A stretch of DNA of 64,000 nt from Ignavibacteriota bacterium (GTDB taxonomy: Bacteria > Bacteroidota > Ignavibacteria > UBA10030 > UBA6906): assembly GCA_963801355.1 (NCBI GenBank), contig CAWDEM010000004.1, positions 576,001 through 640,000 on the forward strand, written 5' to 3'. This document shows, piece by piece, positions 1 through 10,034 of the stretch. Below the pieces are notes generated by a model. That model was not told the origin of the DNA and did no database searches. It saw nothing but the letters and a program-made list of their open reading frames with translations. The position numbers and the translations under genes are program-made. Numbering within the stretch: position 1 is the first letter of the stretch; each line of letters opens with the position of its first letter.

Positions 1-3
1 AGT

Positions 4-1086
4 ATGAGTACCGGTCTGGCAATACCTCCGGTGGGCGGGTTTGACCTGGTTTCCCTCGGCGCTCTGGTTCACCGTCTTGATCCGGGCATCATTCCGTTCC
101 GGAAGGCGACGGAATGCCATATCCATGTGAGCGGCGGGGAGTTCAACGTTGCCGCGAACCTTGCGGACTGCTTCAGGATGAAAACGGGAATCGCAACGGC
201 GATGGTGGACTATCCCATCGGCGAGCTCATTGCCGAGCGTGTGCGGGCTATGGGAGTCACGCCGTTCTACAAGAAGTTCAAGCATAACGGTGTGAACGGA
301 CCCAACATGGCGACGGTGTACAGTGACCGGGGACAGGGCGTGCGTGCGCCGGTCGTGTTTTACAACCGCAGCAACGAGGCGGGGGCACAACTCCAGCCGG
401 GCGATTTCGATTGGAAGGCCATCTTCTCTGGGGGCCTCCGCTGGTTCCACAGCGGAGGAATCTTTGCGTCCCTCTCCGCGACAACGGGCGAGTTGATCAT
501 CGAAGGCATGAAAGCCGCTAAAACAGCCGGCGCAATCACCAGTTTTGACCTGAATTTCCGGGAGAAGCTCTGGAACATCTGGGGCGGACAGCAGAAAGCT
601 GTGGATGTTGTGAAACGGATCGTCGAGCATGTGGATGTGCTGATAGGGAATGAGGAGGATCTGCAAAAAGGGCTGGGTGTTCCCGGTCCGGAAGTGCAAG
701 CCAAGTCCAAACTCGATCCGACCACGTTCTTCGGCATGATAGACAACGTTGTGGCAAAGCATCCCAACGTCAAAGCAGTTGCCACTACGCTGCGCGAAGT
801 ACACTCCACAAATCATCACAGCTGGGGCGCTGTTGCCTGGGTGGGCGGAAAGACCTACACGTCACCGACTGCGGATCTGACTGTGCTGGATCGCGTCGGC
901 GGCGGCGACGGATTCGCCAGCGGATTCATCTACGGGCTGCTGAGCGGCGAAACACCGGACGAGGCCGTGAAGCTCGGCTGGGCACACGGGGCGCTGTTGA
1001 CGACGTTCCCCGGCGATACCACCATGGCGACGGTGGAACAGGTGAAGGCGTTCGCAAAAGGAGGTTCTGCGAGAATACAGCGATAA
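4..1086 (+). CDS. kdgK: PfkB-family sugar kinase, 2-keto-3-deoxygluconate kinase-like
   Basis: GGEFNVA N-terminal motif, FDLNFREKLW, GNEED and the PfkB signature DRVGGGDGFASG. The start lies at the window edge. Confidence 0.8.
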   Translation: MSTGLAIPPVGGFDLVSLGALVHRLDPGIIPFRKATECHIHVSGGEFNVAANLADCFRMKTGIATAMVDYPIGELIAERVRAMGVTPFYKKFKHNGVNGPNMATVYSDRGQGVRAPVVFYNRSNEAGAQLQPGDFDWKAIFSGGLRWFHSGGIFASLSATTGELIIEGMKAAKTAGAITSFDLNFREKLWNIWGGQQKAVDVVKRIVEHVDVLIGNEEDLQKGLGVPGPEVQAKSKLDPTTFFGMIDNVVAKHPNVKAVATTLREVHSTNHHSWGAVAWVGGKTYTSPTADLTVLDRVGGGDGFASGFIYGLLSGETPDEAVKLGWAHGALLTTFPGDTTMATVEQVKAFAKGGSARIQR

Positions 1087-1099
1087 CCAAAGAGTCTGT

Positions 1100-1453
1100 T
1101 TACGGGGCTTTAGGATCCCTCACGAAGTGCGGCAGGTTTTCGGGGAGTGGGATCGATATCTCCACCAGGCCCCGGTATACACCCTCCTCGTACCACGGCG
1201 ACTGAAAGATCAGTTTCTTCCTCCCCTCCTTCTCAATCGTGTAGCAATTAGAGGTCCCGGTGCTCAGCAGGTGCTCGAGCACCGTTCGGGCCGGCTCGGG
1301 ATGACAGTCGAGCACATTTGTGCCGATGAGCGCCGCTCCGCCATCGTCCGCGAACGACGCACATGCGCGATCGTTCATCTCCGTAATAACCCCCTTGGTG
1401 TCGCACACGGTGATGGATGTAGGCAACTCGCGGACCCATTGGTGCTGCTGCAT
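1100..1453 (-). CDS. Stand-alone PAS-domain protein
   Basis: SITVCDTKGVITEMN...LIGTNVLDCHP is a PAS pattern. Start moved to ATG 1453, which follows a GGAGG RBS. Confidence 0.75.
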   Translation of the reverse strand: MQQHQWVRELPTSITVCDTKGVITEMNDRACASFADDGGAALIGTNVLDCHPEPARTVLEHLLSTGTSNCYTIEKEGRKKLIFQSPWYEEGVYRGLVEISIPLPENLPHFVRDPKAP

Positions 1454-1487
1454 GATGCCTCCACACAATAACGAATCGTGTATGTAA

Positions 1488-2975
1488 TTACGGTGTCGGC
1501 AACCAGGCTGTCCGGTTGCTCTCGTTGCCAAGACGGTCAACGGCGGAGAGTTCGATCCTGCGCAGCTGCTCGAGGGGGAGTGAACACTCCCGATCACCGC
1601 GGTTGAAGATCATGTGCTTCCACGTGTCGCCGTACTGAAGATATGCGACCCATCGGAACACATCGGCTGGCTTCTCGTGCGTCCAGGAGAGGTGCAGCAT
1701 GGTGGAGTCGACGCGCGCCTTGAGCCGGGGCGGGCCGGGTGCCAGTGCGCCAAGCCAGGGAGACGCCGGCACGAGTGCCGGTGTGCGGTATGGCAGTCCT
1801 TTCAGTCCTGCCGGAAGCAGGCTGCTATCCTGCAAGAAGGTCCTCATGCTGAAATGAATGTGCCCCGGACTCTCCGGCAGGACGCCGCGTTCAACCATGA
1901 TCTCATTGACGAGTTCGTCCAACCCCTTTTCGGAATTGAGACGGCTGGTAAACAACCCCGGCCACAGGTGGCGTTGCCGCACGTTCTCTTTCGCCCACCA
2001 TCCAAGCAGGACGGGAAAGCTCTGAGGGATCTGGTTGATCGGCCAGTACAATTGGGGCGACCAGTAATCGACCCAACCCTCATTCAGCCAGAGTCGGGCG
2101 TCCGCGTACAATCGGTCGTATTGATCGAATCCGCCGATGGAGCGGGGGAAACCCGGGCGCCAGATGCCGAACGGGCTCAAACCGAATTTGACGTACTTCT
2201 TTTCCTCCTTGATGGCATCGTACAGGCGCTTGATGAACGTGTTGACGTTTGACCGCCGCCAGTCGTTTCGGGACATCGTGCCCCCGGCACGCGTGTATGC
2301 GTGCCAGGTGGTGTCGTCCGGGAACGACCCGTCTCCGTACGGGTAGAAATAGTCATCGAAGTGAATGCCGTCGATGTCATAGCGACGAACAACATCCATG
2401 ACCACGGCAAACGAGTGGTCTTGTACCCGCGGATCTCCCGGGTCCAGCCACCAGGAACTATCGGGAAGGAACCGGACGAAATCCGGGCGGCGGCGCACGA
2501 TACAGGATTCCGTGATGGCTCCGCCGCGTGGGAGATGGGCGCGGTAGGGATTGAACCATGCGTGAAGCTCCATGCCCCGGCCGTGGGCTTCTTCAATCCA
2601 GAACGACAACGGGTCGTAGAACGGTGCGGGTGGTTTCCCCTCTTCACCTGTCAGGTATGATGACCACGGTTCGAGCGGGCTGGCGTAGAGGGCATCACAA
2701 TGAGGGCGCACTTGAAGCACTACAGCATTCAAGCCGATTGACGCCGCCGAATCGAGGATGCGCCGGGCCTCCTGTTGTTGCTCCCCGGATGCGAGGCCGG
2801 GGCGGCTGGGCCAATCGATGTTGACCACCGTGGCAACCCATACTGCGCGGAATTCGCGGTCAATCGCGGGCGGGCCCGGGAGCCCGGCGGGATGCTGGAT
2901 GGCGGGCTGCGTGCTGCACCCTGCACAGATGAGCGCAAGGACCGTGAACACAAGGAACGCAGTTGCTGTTCGCAT
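1488..2975 (-). CDS. GH10-like (DUF187/YddW family) glycoside hydrolase lipoprotein
   Basis: Lipobox CAGC; motifs EFRAVWVATVVNIDWPS, HAWFNPYR, YDIDGIHFDDYFYPY and PQLYW. Confidence 0.85.
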   Translation of the reverse strand: MRTATAFLVFTVLALICAGCSTQPAIQHPAGLPGPPAIDREFRAVWVATVVNIDWPSRPGLASGEQQQEARRILDSAASIGLNAVVLQVRPHCDALYASPLEPWSSYLTGEEGKPPAPFYDPLSFWIEEAHGRGMELHAWFNPYRAHLPRGGAITESCIVRRRPDFVRFLPDSSWWLDPGDPRVQDHSFAVVMDVVRRYDIDGIHFDDYFYPYGDGSFPDDTTWHAYTRAGGTMSRNDWRRSNVNTFIKRLYDAIKEEKKYVKFGLSPFGIWRPGFPRSIGGFDQYDRLYADARLWLNEGWVDYWSPQLYWPINQIPQSFPVLLGWWAKENVRQRHLWPGLFTSRLNSEKGLDELVNEIMVERGVLPESPGHIHFSMRTFLQDSSLLPAGLKGLPYRTPALVPASPWLGALAPGPPRLKARVDSTMLHLSWTHEKPADVFRWVAYLQYGDTWKHMIFNRGDRECSLPLEQLRRIELSAVDRLGNESNRTAWLPTP

Positions 2976-3053
2976 GAGATTCCAGGGTCGTGAATACAGT
3001 TCGGTGGACGTGAGCACACATAATACGTTCCGATCGGCACATAATCAATGTGA

Positions 3054-3082
3054 TTGCTTCCGCCTGCCACTCTCGGTATATT
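3054..3082 (+). promoter_or_regulatory. Putative sigma70 promoter for the nuclease gene
   Basis: TTGCTT-N17-TATATT just upstream of the AAGGA RBS and ATG 3104. Confidence 0.45.
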
Positions 3083-3103
3083 TGACAATCACAAAGGAAC
3101 GTT

Positions 3104-4243
3104 ATGGTCCGCCGTACATATGGGCTTCTCCTGCTCGCATACACGGTCATCACCGCCGGAGAGGTATGGGGATGGGGGGGAACCGGCCACAGATTCATTA
3201 ATCAGAATTCCGTCCGACATCTGCCTGTGGGAATGTCGCAGCTTGCCGCACAAGAAGGGTTCCTGACAAGCCATGCCAGCGATGCAGACACCAGGAAGTA
3301 CGCCGATCCTACTGAAGAGCCAAAGCACTATATTGACCTGGAGTCATTTGCGGATTTCCGGAACTTGCCGCCGGATTTGTCGGTGGTGGTCGCACAGTAC
3401 GGCTGGCCGGCCCTCCAATCGTACGGCATCCTTCCCTGGACTATCGTTGCCACTGTTGATTCATTGACCGCACAATTCCGCCGCGCAGACTGGAACAACG
3501 CCTGTCAATCGGCCGCGGATCTGGGCCACTATGTCGGTGACGCATATCAACCCCTCCACTGTACGGTGAATTACAACGGGCAGCTCACCGGGAACGGCGG
3601 CATCCATTCGCGGTACGAGTCCTCAATGCTCGGGCAGTACATTTCCTCCCTTTCCATCCATCCCGACACCGTACGGTACGTGGGTGATGTCTATGCGTTC
3701 GCCCTCGGCATGACGCTGCACTCGAACGGGTATGTCGACTCGATTCTCCAGGCGGACAATGCCGCCCGTGCGGCCTCGGGGTGGAACGGGAGCGGCACGG
3801 CTCCTCAATCATACTATACGGCCATGTGGGACAGGACCGGACGATTGACGCAGGAACTCTTGCAGGATGCCACCCGGGATATCGCATCACTCTGGTACAC
3901 AGCCTGGGTCAATGCGGGCGTTGCGGCGCTCGCGGTGGCGGAGGAAACTTTGGGTGCGGCGTCATTGTTTTCTCTCGAACAGAACTACCCGAATCCGTTC
4001 AATCCGAGCACGACCATAGGCTTCAGGCAACAGGCACCAGGCAATGGGTGGGTGAAGCTTGCCGTGTACGATCTGCTCGGACGAGAGGTGGCACTGCTGG
4101 TCAACGAGCCGAAGGATCCCGGCAATTACGCCGTGCGGTTTACTGCAGCCGGCCTCACCAGCGGCGTCTATTACTATAGAATACAGATCAGCGGGAACGG
4201 GCAAACACACAGTGAAGTGAAAAAGATGACGGTGGTGCGATGA
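3104..4243 (+). CDS. S1/P1 nuclease / zinc-dependent phospholipase C-like protein with T9SS C-terminal sorting domain
   Basis: Signal peptide followed by WGGTGH, HYID, GHYVGDAYQPLH and GIHSRYE zinc-ligand motifs; C-terminal LEQNYPNPFNPSTTI...KKMTVVR. Confidence 0.85.
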   Translation: MVRRTYGLLLLAYTVITAGEVWGWGGTGHRFINQNSVRHLPVGMSQLAAQEGFLTSHASDADTRKYADPTEEPKHYIDLESFADFRNLPPDLSVVVAQYGWPALQSYGILPWTIVATVDSLTAQFRRADWNNACQSAADLGHYVGDAYQPLHCTVNYNGQLTGNGGIHSRYESSMLGQYISSLSIHPDTVRYVGDVYAFALGMTLHSNGYVDSILQADNAARAASGWNGSGTAPQSYYTAMWDRTGRLTQELLQDATRDIASLWYTAWVNAGVAALAVAEETLGAASLFSLEQNYPNPFNPSTTIGFRQQAPGNGWVKLAVYDLLGREVALLVNEPKDPGNYAVRFTAAGLTSGVYYYRIQISGNGQTHSEVKKMTVVR

Positions 4244-4294
4244 GGCAGGCGTGAATCGTCGCATCCCGGTTGATCGTCACAGGGGGTACTCCAG

Positions 4295-4948
4295 ATGTTC
4301 ATCGGGCACTATGCAGTTGCGCTGGCCGCAAAGAAGGTAGCGCCGCACACATCCCTCGGCACACTGTTCATCGCAGCGCAGTTCATTGATCTGCTCTGGC
4401 CGCTTCTCGTGCTTGTGGGAATAGAGCACGTCCGGATTGAGCCGGGCGCGACCGCAGTGACTCCACTGGACTTCTACGACTATCCCTTCTCGCACAGCTT
4501 CCTCGGGGTGGTATTCTGGGCCGTGCTTTTCGGTCTTGTCTATTTTGGATTCCGGCGCAACGGTCGTGCAAGCATAGTGCTCGCGCTCTGCGTGGCCAGT
4601 CATTGGTTTCTTGATCTTTTGACCCACCGCCCGGATCTCCCCCTGGCCCCGGGGGGTGAGACCCGCTGGGGTTTGGGACTGTGGAATTCGCTTGCCGGCA
4701 CATTGATTGTCGAAACCGCACTTTTCGCCGCGGGCGTGTTTATGTATCTGCGGACGACCAGGCCGAAGGACCGTGTGGGAACAATCGGTTTCTGGGCGCT
4801 GGCAGGTATTCTCCTCGCCATTTACCTGGCAAATCTCTTTGGCCCTCCTCCTCCGGATGTGTCCACGATTGCCTACGCCGGCAACCTGAGCTGGCTGTTT
4901 GTTCTCTGGGCATACTGGGTCGATCGTCATCGTGTAACACAACCCTGA
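4295..4948 (+). CDS. Membrane-bound metal-dependent hydrolase-like protein
   Basis: MFIGH start, PFSHS and SHWFLDLLTHRPDL motifs, several hydrophobic helices. Confidence 0.7.
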   Translation: MFIGHYAVALAAKKVAPHTSLGTLFIAAQFIDLLWPLLVLVGIEHVRIEPGATAVTPLDFYDYPFSHSFLGVVFWAVLFGLVYFGFRRNGRASIVLALCVASHWFLDLLTHRPDLPLAPGGETRWGLGLWNSLAGTLIVETALFAAGVFMYLRTTRPKDRVGTIGFWALAGILLAIYLANLFGPPPPDVSTIAYAGNLSWLFVLWAYWVDRHRVTQP

Positions 4949-5012
4949 GGACGTCCGGATGCGGTGATCACATGTCCTCTCAATGATACCCTCAAACATG
5001 AAAGGTGGAGCA

Positions 5013-5570
5013 ATGAAATACCGGTGGTCAATAGGAATTGCGCTTATAGCACTGCTGATGTCGTACGGTGGCTGCAAGAAAGATGTGCCGGGGAGTACAC
5101 TGCTGGGTCAGGCGAAGGGACAGGTTCCGGGTCTGACCTGGAGCGTGCCGAAAGCCTGGACCGTCGGACCACCGAGGGAAATGCGAGCCGCCACTTACAC
5201 GGTCGATCCGAAATCCGGGGATATGGAAGGAGGGGAGTGCGCGGTGTTCCATTTTGGTCCGGGTGTGGGGGGGGATGTCGAGTCGAACATATCCCGCTGG
5301 GCCGGCCAATTTGAGCACCCCGATGGTCCCAGGAGTGAGCCGGTGGAGATCAACGGGATGAACGTCACCGTGGTGCGCATCGCCGGAACCTATCTCGCCC
5401 CGAGCGGGCCGATGATGGCGTCGTCGGCGAAGAAAGAGAACTTCCGGCTGCTCGGTGCGATTGTTGAAGGCACTCAGGGGTCCGTATTCTTTAAACTTAC
5501 CGGTCCGGCCAAGACCATCGAAGCCGCATCGGCCGAATTTGATGCGATGATACACTCGCTGTCAAAGTAG
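5013..5570 (+). CDS. Hypothetical lipoprotein
   Basis: GGAG RBS, signal ending YGGC, conserved-looking GGDVESNISRWAGQF and FFKLTGP segments. Confidence 0.65.
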   Translation: MKYRWSIGIALIALLMSYGGCKKDVPGSTLLGQAKGQVPGLTWSVPKAWTVGPPREMRAATYTVDPKSGDMEGGECAVFHFGPGVGGDVESNISRWAGQFEHPDGPRSEPVEINGMNVTVVRIAGTYLAPSGPMMASSAKKENFRLLGAIVEGTQGSVFFKLTGPAKTIEAASAEFDAMIHSLSK

Positions 5571-5611
5571 TGCCGGCGTGCTCCGCACGCGCGCATGACG
5601 TATGATCTCCT

Positions 5612-7123
5612 ATGCCCATTCTCGCAGCCATTGATGTCGGTTCGAACGCGATGCGTCTCGTCGTCGCATCCGTAGATGCCGACCGCACGCTGACGCTTCT
5701 GGAAGTGATTCGTGAACCTGTCCGCCTTGGTGACGCCGTCTTTACCACAGGCTTGATCGGGGAAGAGACTATTGACATGGCGGTCGGGGCATTTGAACGA
5801 TTCCGTTCCGCCCTGGACCGGCATGGAGTACGGTGGACCCGCGCGGTAGCCACGAGTGCGATGCGGGAGGCAATGAACCGGGACATACTTGTGGACCGTA
5901 TTTCCCAGGCCTCCGGCATCGATGTGGAGATTATCGGCACGGAAGAGGAGGCCCGCCTCATTTATCTCGCAGTCAGTGCCGGGGTGTCCCTCAAGAACCG
6001 GGTTGCGCTGCTGGTCGACATCGGCGGGGGGAGCACGGAGGTGACGCTTGCGACGGAGGAAGGCATTCTCTCCACAACAAGTTTCACGATGGGGTCTGTG
6101 CGGTTGTTGCGGACGCTGGGGGACTACCGGACCGATGAGCGTCGCACCCATCAGCTGATCCGTGAATATGTGGATGCCGCACAACAGCGGATCCGACGTG
6201 AAATCGGTGCCCGGCGCATTGACCTCTGTGTCGGCACGGGCGGCAACGTCGAGGTGCTGGGAGATCTCCGGAAGGAGATGCTGGGGAAAGACCGGGATAC
6301 CGACCTGAGTCTGGCAGACCTTGATCGCATGCTGAAGCGTCTGGTTGCCCTCACATACGCCGAGCGGGTGCAGGAGCTGCAATTACGTCCCGATCGTGCG
6401 GATGTCATTGTACCGGCGGCGATCATCCTTCGAAAGTTCCTTCAGGTGGCGGGGGTTCACGAGGTCGAAATCCCGCGCGTGGGATTGAAGGATGGGCTGC
6501 TGCTGGACATGGTTGAGGAGTTCTACGGCGAACGGCGGTCGTTGCGCCGGGAACAGGTGATTGCGTCGGCCATGCAGCTGGGTCGAAAATACCAGTTTGA
6601 CGAGCAACACGCCGTCACGGTGGCACAGCATGCAGTGCAGCTTTTTGACGCCACACGCGATCTGCATAACCTGGGAAGAGAACATCGCATCCTTCTCGAG
6701 CTGGCGGCGCTTTTGCATGACATCGGCACATTCATCTCCGCGTCCGATCATCACAAGCACACGCAGTATCTTCTCCAGACAACCCCGATCGTCGGATTGT
6801 CCGGGGCGCAGATGGCGATTGTGGGCAATGTCGCCCGGTATCATCGCAGGTCACAGCCCAAACCCCAGCATGAGCTCTATCAGGCGCTCTCGCCGAAAGA
6901 ACGCGTGGTCGTATCAAAGCTCGCTTCACTCCTGCGTCTTGCCGACGCGATGGACACCGAGCATGCAGCGAAGGTCCGGGGATTCGCTATAGAGTACAAG
7001 AAACCCAAGTTCACTCTCCGGCTGGATGGCGACGGCGATTTGCTGCTGGAGAAGTGGGCGCTCTCAAAAAAAGCGCAGATGTTTGAAGAGGTGTTCAATG
7101 TCCGCTTCGCGGTCGCGGGGTAA
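5612..7123 (+). CDS. ppx: Ppx/GppA exopolyphosphatase with C-terminal HD domain
   Basis: AAIDVGSNAMRL, ATSAMREA, DIGGGSTE, RADVI and AALLHDIG motifs. Confidence 0.9.
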   Translation: MPILAAIDVGSNAMRLVVASVDADRTLTLLEVIREPVRLGDAVFTTGLIGEETIDMAVGAFERFRSALDRHGVRWTRAVATSAMREAMNRDILVDRISQASGIDVEIIGTEEEARLIYLAVSAGVSLKNRVALLVDIGGGSTEVTLATEEGILSTTSFTMGSVRLLRTLGDYRTDERRTHQLIREYVDAAQQRIRREIGARRIDLCVGTGGNVEVLGDLRKEMLGKDRDTDLSLADLDRMLKRLVALTYAERVQELQLRPDRADVIVPAAIILRKFLQVAGVHEVEIPRVGLKDGLLLDMVEEFYGERRSLRREQVIASAMQLGRKYQFDEQHAVTVAQHAVQLFDATRDLHNLGREHRILLELAALLHDIGTFISASDHHKHTQYLLQTTPIVGLSGAQMAIVGNVARYHRRSQPKPQHELYQALSPKERVVVSKLASLLRLADAMDTEHAAKVRGFAIEYKKPKFTLRLDGDGDLLLEKWALSKKAQMFEEVFNVRFAVAG

Positions 7124-7973
7124 ACCGGCGCCGGCAGATCCGTGCGCCATGCTCATCGGAGCGCTGGAGCTCCGGCAACGGAATTTTACCCGGCAGCTTG
7201 CGCGGGTCCGGAGACGTCCCAGCGAGCCGGGAGTACATGATCTGCGTGTGGCGACACGCCGGCTGATTGCCGTGATCGATCTGATGGCGGAAATTGTAGA
7301 GACCCCTCTTCTGCTGAAGAAGCGGAAGGCGCTTCGAAGTCTTCTCAAAGGATTGAATGCACTGCGTGATGCGCATATTCGCCGCATCGCACTCAGAAAG
7401 CTGTGCGCGGAGTTTCCATCGGCAGGCCTGGTCCAGCGGGGCATTCTGGTGCAGGAACGGGACCTGTTGCGTGCCGTGGCAAGAAACCTCCGGCTGTTCG
7501 ATGTGCGCGGGTTGCATGGGGCCATCACAGAGGCCGAGGAGCTATTCCTGACCGTTGGACTCAATTCTGCGCTTGCTTCTGCACACCGGTCAGTCCTCAT
7601 CGGTGCCCTGGCGTCCGCATATGCCCGGGTCGTTGGAAGACTCCAGACCCTCCAGGGAACGGATCCCTCGACGGTCCACCGTCTGCGTGTGGCGTTCAAG
7701 CAGTACCGCTATGCGCTGGAGATCCTCGCACCGCTTCTTCCCTGGATGAACGCCGCGACTCGTTCACGGCTCGATGCCTATCAGACTGCGATGGGAAAAA
7801 TCCAGGACAACGTGGTGGTGCTGCGTGGGATGTCCGCCTATGAATCCAGGCGCCCCGTCACGGGCCGGATGGCCCTTATCGGGGTGCGCCAACATCTGCT
7901 CCGCCGCACGGAAGAGCTGATGAAGGAGTTTCTTGCAAACGCCGGCGGTGTGTACCGGTTCTGGAAGGACTGA
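7098..7973 (+). CDS. CHAD-domain (polyphosphate-binding) protein
   Basis: Two CHAD repeats, VHDLRVATRR and VHRLRVAFKQYRYALE. ATG 7098 has a GAGGTG RBS and overlaps the end of ppx; alternative start 7149. Confidence 0.85.
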   Translation: MSASRSRGKPAPADPCAMLIGALELRQRNFTRQLARVRRRPSEPGVHDLRVATRRLIAVIDLMAEIVETPLLLKKRKALRSLLKGLNALRDAHIRRIALRKLCAEFPSAGLVQRGILVQERDLLRAVARNLRLFDVRGLHGAITEAEELFLTVGLNSALASAHRSVLIGALASAYARVVGRLQTLQGTDPSTVHRLRVAFKQYRYALEILAPLLPWMNAATRSRLDAYQTAMGKIQDNVVVLRGMSAYESRRPVTGRMALIGVRQHLLRRTEELMKEFLANAGGVYRFWKD

Positions 7974-8142
7974 TCGCCCCTCATTCTCTTTCCCTTCTTT
8001 TCCCTGGCTTCCGGGTAAGCCATACCCCGCCGTGCTGTGTCCAACATGGAAGAGGAAATCGCGCACCTTTCAATTTTGCCCCGTTTTTTGTACAATTCAT
8101 GTTCACATTGACACGACGTTCCACGAACGAGCTGGAGGTTCC

Positions 8143-9132
8143 ATGGCATTCGACATTAAAGCCATCAATGAGAAAATACAGCGTGAAAGCGCATTTGTCG
8201 ATACGCTTCAGACCGAGATCGGCAAAGTCATTGTCGGCCAGAAACATATGGTCGAACGCCTCCTCGTCGGACTCCTCTCAAACGGGCACATTCTGCTCGA
8301 AGGGGTGCCAGGCCTGGCAAAGACGTTAAGCGTGAAGACGCTCGCCGCAGCGATTCAGGCGAAATTCCAGCGGATCCAGTTCACCCCTGACCTTTTGCCC
8401 GCGGATCTCATTGGTACGCTTGTCTACAACCAGAAGGACGGGTCATTTCAGACCAAGAAAGGGCCTATTTTCGCCAACTTCATTCTTGCCGACGAAATTA
8501 ACCGCTCCCCTGCGAAAGTGCAGAGCGCCCTGCTCGAGGCAATGCAGGAGCGACAGGTGACCATCGGTGAGCACACGTTCAAGCTTCCCGAACCGTTCCT
8601 TGTTCTTGCCACCCAGAATCCCATCGAGCAGGAAGGGACATACCCGCTGCCCGAGGCGCAGGTCGATCGTTTCATGTTGAAGGTGAAGATCGGTTACCCC
8701 ACCAAGGAGGAAGAGCTGCAGATTATGCGTGCCAACGTGAACGGGCCCCTCGCAATTCCGGGTCCGGTTGTGAGCCCGGAAGACATTCTGAATGCACGGA
8801 GTGTGGTGGGCGAGATCTATATGGATGAGAAGATTGAGAGGTACATCCTTGATATCGTTTTTGCCACGCGCAACCCGAAGCAGTATAATCTGCCCAACAT
8901 GGCGCAGCTCATCAGCTACGGCGCATCACCGCGTGCATCGATCAATCTGGCCCTCGGTGCAAAGGCGTATGCCTTTATCAAACGGCGCGGTTACGTCATC
9001 CCGGAGGACGTGCGCTCGATCTGCCTCGACGTGATGCGCCACCGCGTAGCTGTGACCTATGAAGCCGAGGCAGAGGAAGTGACCTCGGAGCAGGTGGTGC
9101 AGGAGATCCTGAACAAGATTGAAGTCCCATGA
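8143..9132 (+). CDS. moxR: MoxR-family AAA+ ATPase
   Basis: GVPGLAKT, RIQFTPDLLPAD, DEINR and ATQNPIEQEGTYPLPEAQVDRF; GGAGG RBS before ATG 8143. Confidence 0.93.
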   Translation: MAFDIKAINEKIQRESAFVDTLQTEIGKVIVGQKHMVERLLVGLLSNGHILLEGVPGLAKTLSVKTLAAAIQAKFQRIQFTPDLLPADLIGTLVYNQKDGSFQTKKGPIFANFILADEINRSPAKVQSALLEAMQERQVTIGEHTFKLPEPFLVLATQNPIEQEGTYPLPEAQVDRFMLKVKIGYPTKEEELQIMRANVNGPLAIPGPVVSPEDILNARSVVGEIYMDEKIERYILDIVFATRNPKQYNLPNMAQLISYGASPRASINLALGAKAYAFIKRRGYVIPEDVRSICLDVMRHRVAVTYEAEAEEVTSEQVVQEILNKIEVP

Positions 9133-9158
9133 AACCCGGTGCCAAGGTGCAATGACGC

Positions 9159-10034
9159 ATGGACACCCGCGAGCTTCTCAAAAAAGTCCGTCAGATTGAG
9201 ATCAAAACCCGCGGCCTGGTCAACCAGGTCTTCTCCGGGGAATACCACTCGGTCTTCAAAGGCCGCGGGATGGAATTCTCCGAGGTGCGCGAATATCAGT
9301 ACGGCGACGATATTCGCAGCATCGACTGGAACGTCTCGGCACGGTTCAACCATCCGTTCGTCAAGATCTTCGAAGAAGAGCGCGAGCTGACGGTCATGCT
9401 GGTCGTAGATTTCAGCCGTTCCGGCGACTTCGGCACCGTGCGCGCCACGAAGAACGACATCGCGACGGAGATCTGTGCGGTCCTTGCATTTTCCGCCATC
9501 AAGAACAATGACAAGGTCGGCTTGATTCTGTTTACGGATCACGTCGAGATGTTTGTGCCTCCGAAGAAAGGGCGGGCGCACATATTGCGCATCATCCGCG
9601 AACTGCTATCGTTCCAGCCGAGCGGGACAAAGACGAACATCCGCGGCGCGCTCGAATATTTCAACCACGTGCACAAGAAGCGGACCATCGCATTCCTGAT
9701 CTCTGATTTCCTGGATGAGGGGTATGATCAGATCCTCAGGATCATCAGCCGCAAGCACGATGTCATTGCGGTGGAACTGTCCGACCCCCGTGAAGAAGTG
9801 CTGCCGGAAGCCGGTCTCGTCAACCTGCGCGATGCTGAAACCGGCAGGGAGCGGTGGATCGACACCGGCGACCGTCATGTGCGCGCATCATTTCTCACGT
9901 ACTGGCAGCAACGCAGGGCGAATCGCAGGTCGTTGTTCATGCGCAGCAAGGTTGATGCCATTCCGATCCGGATCGACCGGCCCTACATTAAACCGATCGT
10001 TGATTTCTTCAAACTGAGGGAGCGCAGGCTGTGA
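9159..10034 (+). CDS. DUF58 family vWA-like protein
   Basis: GMEFSEVREYQYGDDIRSIDWNVSAR, EEEREL and ISDF motifs; canonical position after moxR. Confidence 0.9.
   Translation: MDTRELLKKVRQIEIKTRGLVNQVFSGEYHSVFKGRGMEFSEVREYQYGDDIRSIDWNVSARFNHPFVKIFEEERELTVMLVVDFSRSGDFGTVRATKNDIATEICAVLAFSAIKNNDKVGLILFTDHVEMFVPPKKGRAHILRIIRELLSFQPSGTKTNIRGALEYFNHVHKKRTIAFLISDFLDEGYDQILRIISRKHDVIAVELSDPREEVLPEAGLVNLRDAETGRERWIDTGDRHVRASFLTYWQQRRANRRSLFMRSKVDAIPIRIDRPYIKPIVDFFKLRERRL

Noticed and set aside
3017-3045. CACATAAT direct repeat 21 bp apart, with another copy at 23299
   Set aside because: The reverse complement gives TATTAT-like -10 boxes for the leftward genes; too short to call an operator.
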